From the NCBI GenBank assembly GCA_043228905.1, contig JBHGNT010000017.1:11842001-11906000 (forward strand): DNA of 64,000 bases, given 5' to 3'. Every line of letters starts with the position of its first letter. Within the stretch, counting starts at the first letter, position 1. Positions 61,629 to 64,000 of the stretch are shown here, one piece after another. The position numbers were made by a program, and so were the translations under genes. The notes below the pieces were generated by a model, which was not told the DNA's origin, made no database searches, and saw only the letters and a program-made list of their open reading frames with translations. The DNA comes from Azolla caroliniana. Taxonomy: Eukaryota; Plantae; Polypodiophyta.

Positions 61629-63257
61629 TTATTCCTCGTCGAAATCCTGTGATGGAGGGAGCACCCCACTTATTACAATGCCATCTTCCTCAACTTTATC
61701 AACCACCTCTGGTTCTGATGGCATCGGCATCTCTTGGCAGTTGATTACAAGGGACTGTGGCCTTTCCTCTTGAAATAGCCTGAATTATGTAATAACCCAA
61801 AAGCACTGGTATCAATCATTGTCTGCAAGAAACATTTAAAACACTAATCCAAGGGATAAAAATCCTTGGGGGTCAAATGATCTTACGGATGCTTGCAAAG
61901 AATCGGAGCATGGAAAATCAAAGTGTATTTGCATGTTGAAGCTTCAGTGATAGAAGCTATCATATTTTTGCCAGTATCAGCACATACGAACCTCACCTAC
62001 ATATTCAACTATACAACTTTAAGTTTTTAGTTCATTACGGTTTTGAACAATAAGAATGAGCATTTGCACTTACCTCTGTTTGTCTTGGCTCATTTGTAAG
62101 ATCGCACAAGGTTCCATTGGTATATATATGAGAATGGTAGCTGAAAAACCACACCCACATCAGACAAAAAAACTGAACATTTTTGAAGGTTTTTAGTGAC
62201 AAGGTAGAATACGAAGCAAAATATATCTTAGATGAACAGCAACTAATGACTATGGAAAATCTGATCTATACGATGGTATCTTCATATTTATGATTATTGT
62301 AAATATACATAGCTCACTGCAAAATTGCTTCCCCTCTTACCGTTGAGCTGCACTTTTTGAGCGATGATCCTTTTGTAAAGAAACATCAGTCACATCCTGG
62401 TGCACATTAGAAGTTGCCTCAGCATCATATGCACCAAGTACAAACTGTTGAATAACCTGCATCAATTATTGTGGTTACATAAATTGACACAAATATAAAT
62501 AACATCATGATTCAATAAAATCCAGAGATAACGATTCTTTGTGATTAAATTCTTGAGATTACAAATGACAATATCGCTCAGATATACAACCTTTAAAGTT
62601 TTGATTTGTCCAAAAACTTAAACAGCATGTCTAATAAAAGAACCAATACTTTTGCTTCTATTAACAAAGATTTCCTTTCATATGACCCACCACGCAACTA
62701 CAAAGTTTGCCAATGAGGAAAATATACAATATCAAAAAAATTCGATCATGATGCAAAAAAGCTCTAGAAAAACAGTTCTTTCTTGGGCTTGAAATTTCAA
62801 TCATCAAAAGCATCTAAAGGAAGTCAAGAAAAATGCAAAATAGAGACTCCCACAACCTACAAACAAAGAATCTCGCTTATTTTGTCCATAATTTACCAAC
62901 CTTATCCTTGGTATGGAGTTGTTTTACCAATCCATGATAGCAAAATTCATATGTCCACCAACCTTCATGCTGTGAGAAGAACGTTTTACATCAAGTCTAT
63001 ATCAAGTTTCAATAGAGCTAACATTGATAAAGCTAGCCAAAAAACCAATTCACCCTTAAAAAACATTGATCCTTGAGGATTGCAAGTAAATCATCAGGAC
63101 TTTTTGATATTCCTCTCTCTGATGTCAAACTGGCATTGCTACTATTTCTCTCTGAAGATTCAGTTTTTGATTTCTGTTCTGCAGCTGACTTAGGCAACGT
63201 GCACATAAATTTCCGCTTTTCTCCATCAGTCATAACAATTGTTTCCAGATCTGGATC
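61629..63257 (-). CDS. OS9: OS-9/EBS6 homolog (ER lectin, MRH domain), last six coding exons; upstream exon(s) not located
   Basis: GT-AG exons 63054-63257, 62901-62969, 62341-62456, 62074-62140, 61887-61996 and 61629-61779 splice in frame to KSPDDLLAILKDQCFLR-HEGWWTYEFCYH...QFVLGAYDAEAT...RYHSHIYTNGTLCDLTNEPRQTEVRFVC...STCKY...LCKHPLFQ, ending in TAA. Confidence 0.93.
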
Positions 63258-64000
63258 CTGTTAAAATTTAAAGTTTTCTCAAAGATTGATCTCCAGAGTA
63301 ACTATTCAATATACAATGAAAATGAGGGCAGCACAAAAATTTGTTTTACATTAATAGCAAAATTTTACTAAGGTCAATATGAAGAGGTTAACATTGGCCT
63401 ACCTCATTGAAGGATCAAATGAGAATAATTGCTAAGATGGAAGATAGTTGTCGACCAAATGATTCATTTATCATTTCATGTTGGCCCAACTCCCTAAAGG
63501 TCTAAGTGAAAAAATTGCTAAGGTGGAAGATACTTTAGAGTGGTTTGAATATTCTCTTAATAAAAGCTGAAGTATTCCCTTTCACCAGCAGCATTTGTTG
63601 GCTGGAACAAATCTTATGAATTTCAAATCGGTGATTCAAACACCTATTTGAAGACTTCATGCAGATTTTATAGGAGAGCTAATGGCATTAGAGTCCCCAA
63701 CAGGAATTAATATTTTACATCAGCAGCCTAGCCCCCTACTTCAATAAAGAATGATGTTATCATATTATCACATTATCATAACTAGAGAGCTTCTGCTATG
63801 CATTCATTAAACTCTGGTTCCACTAAAGAATGTGAAAATTTGAATCATTGTAGGGACACCAGATTTTCCAATTATTGGATCATCCATTATCTTTGCTTCA
63901 CCTATATCAAACCTTGCTAGAACCTATGATGTTACCATCAGAAGTTAAATTTCTGAAATTCCAAAAGGTTTCCAGGATTAGAAAGAAAAACAAAGCAAAG

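Overview
Eukaryotic, land-plant-like (probably seed-free plant) genomic window. About 60 kb is a nest of decayed transposable elements next to the six 3' exons of an intact OS-9 ER lectin gene (minus strand, 61629-63257). The nest holds many Ty1/copia copies, a Ty3/gypsy element (tRNA-Trp PBS, 4-bp TSD, Phygy-like) and its non-autonomous partner, with up to five levels of nesting. The standout is a TIR DNA transposon at 25579-39404 (about 9.2 kb once a nested copia is removed), with 35-bp TIRs and a CCGG target duplication. It carries two divergent genes: a Sola-like/DUF7869-type DDD transposase, and an intron-containing gene fusing a ParB-like domain to a bacterial-type beta-class amino (N6A/N4C) DNA methyltransferase. 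Between them is an array of about 21 copies of a 23-bp palindrome (AACTCGATACG-N-CGTATCGAGTT) resembling a parS-type binding array. This copy is pseudogenised. All family assignments come from motif recognition, not database searches.
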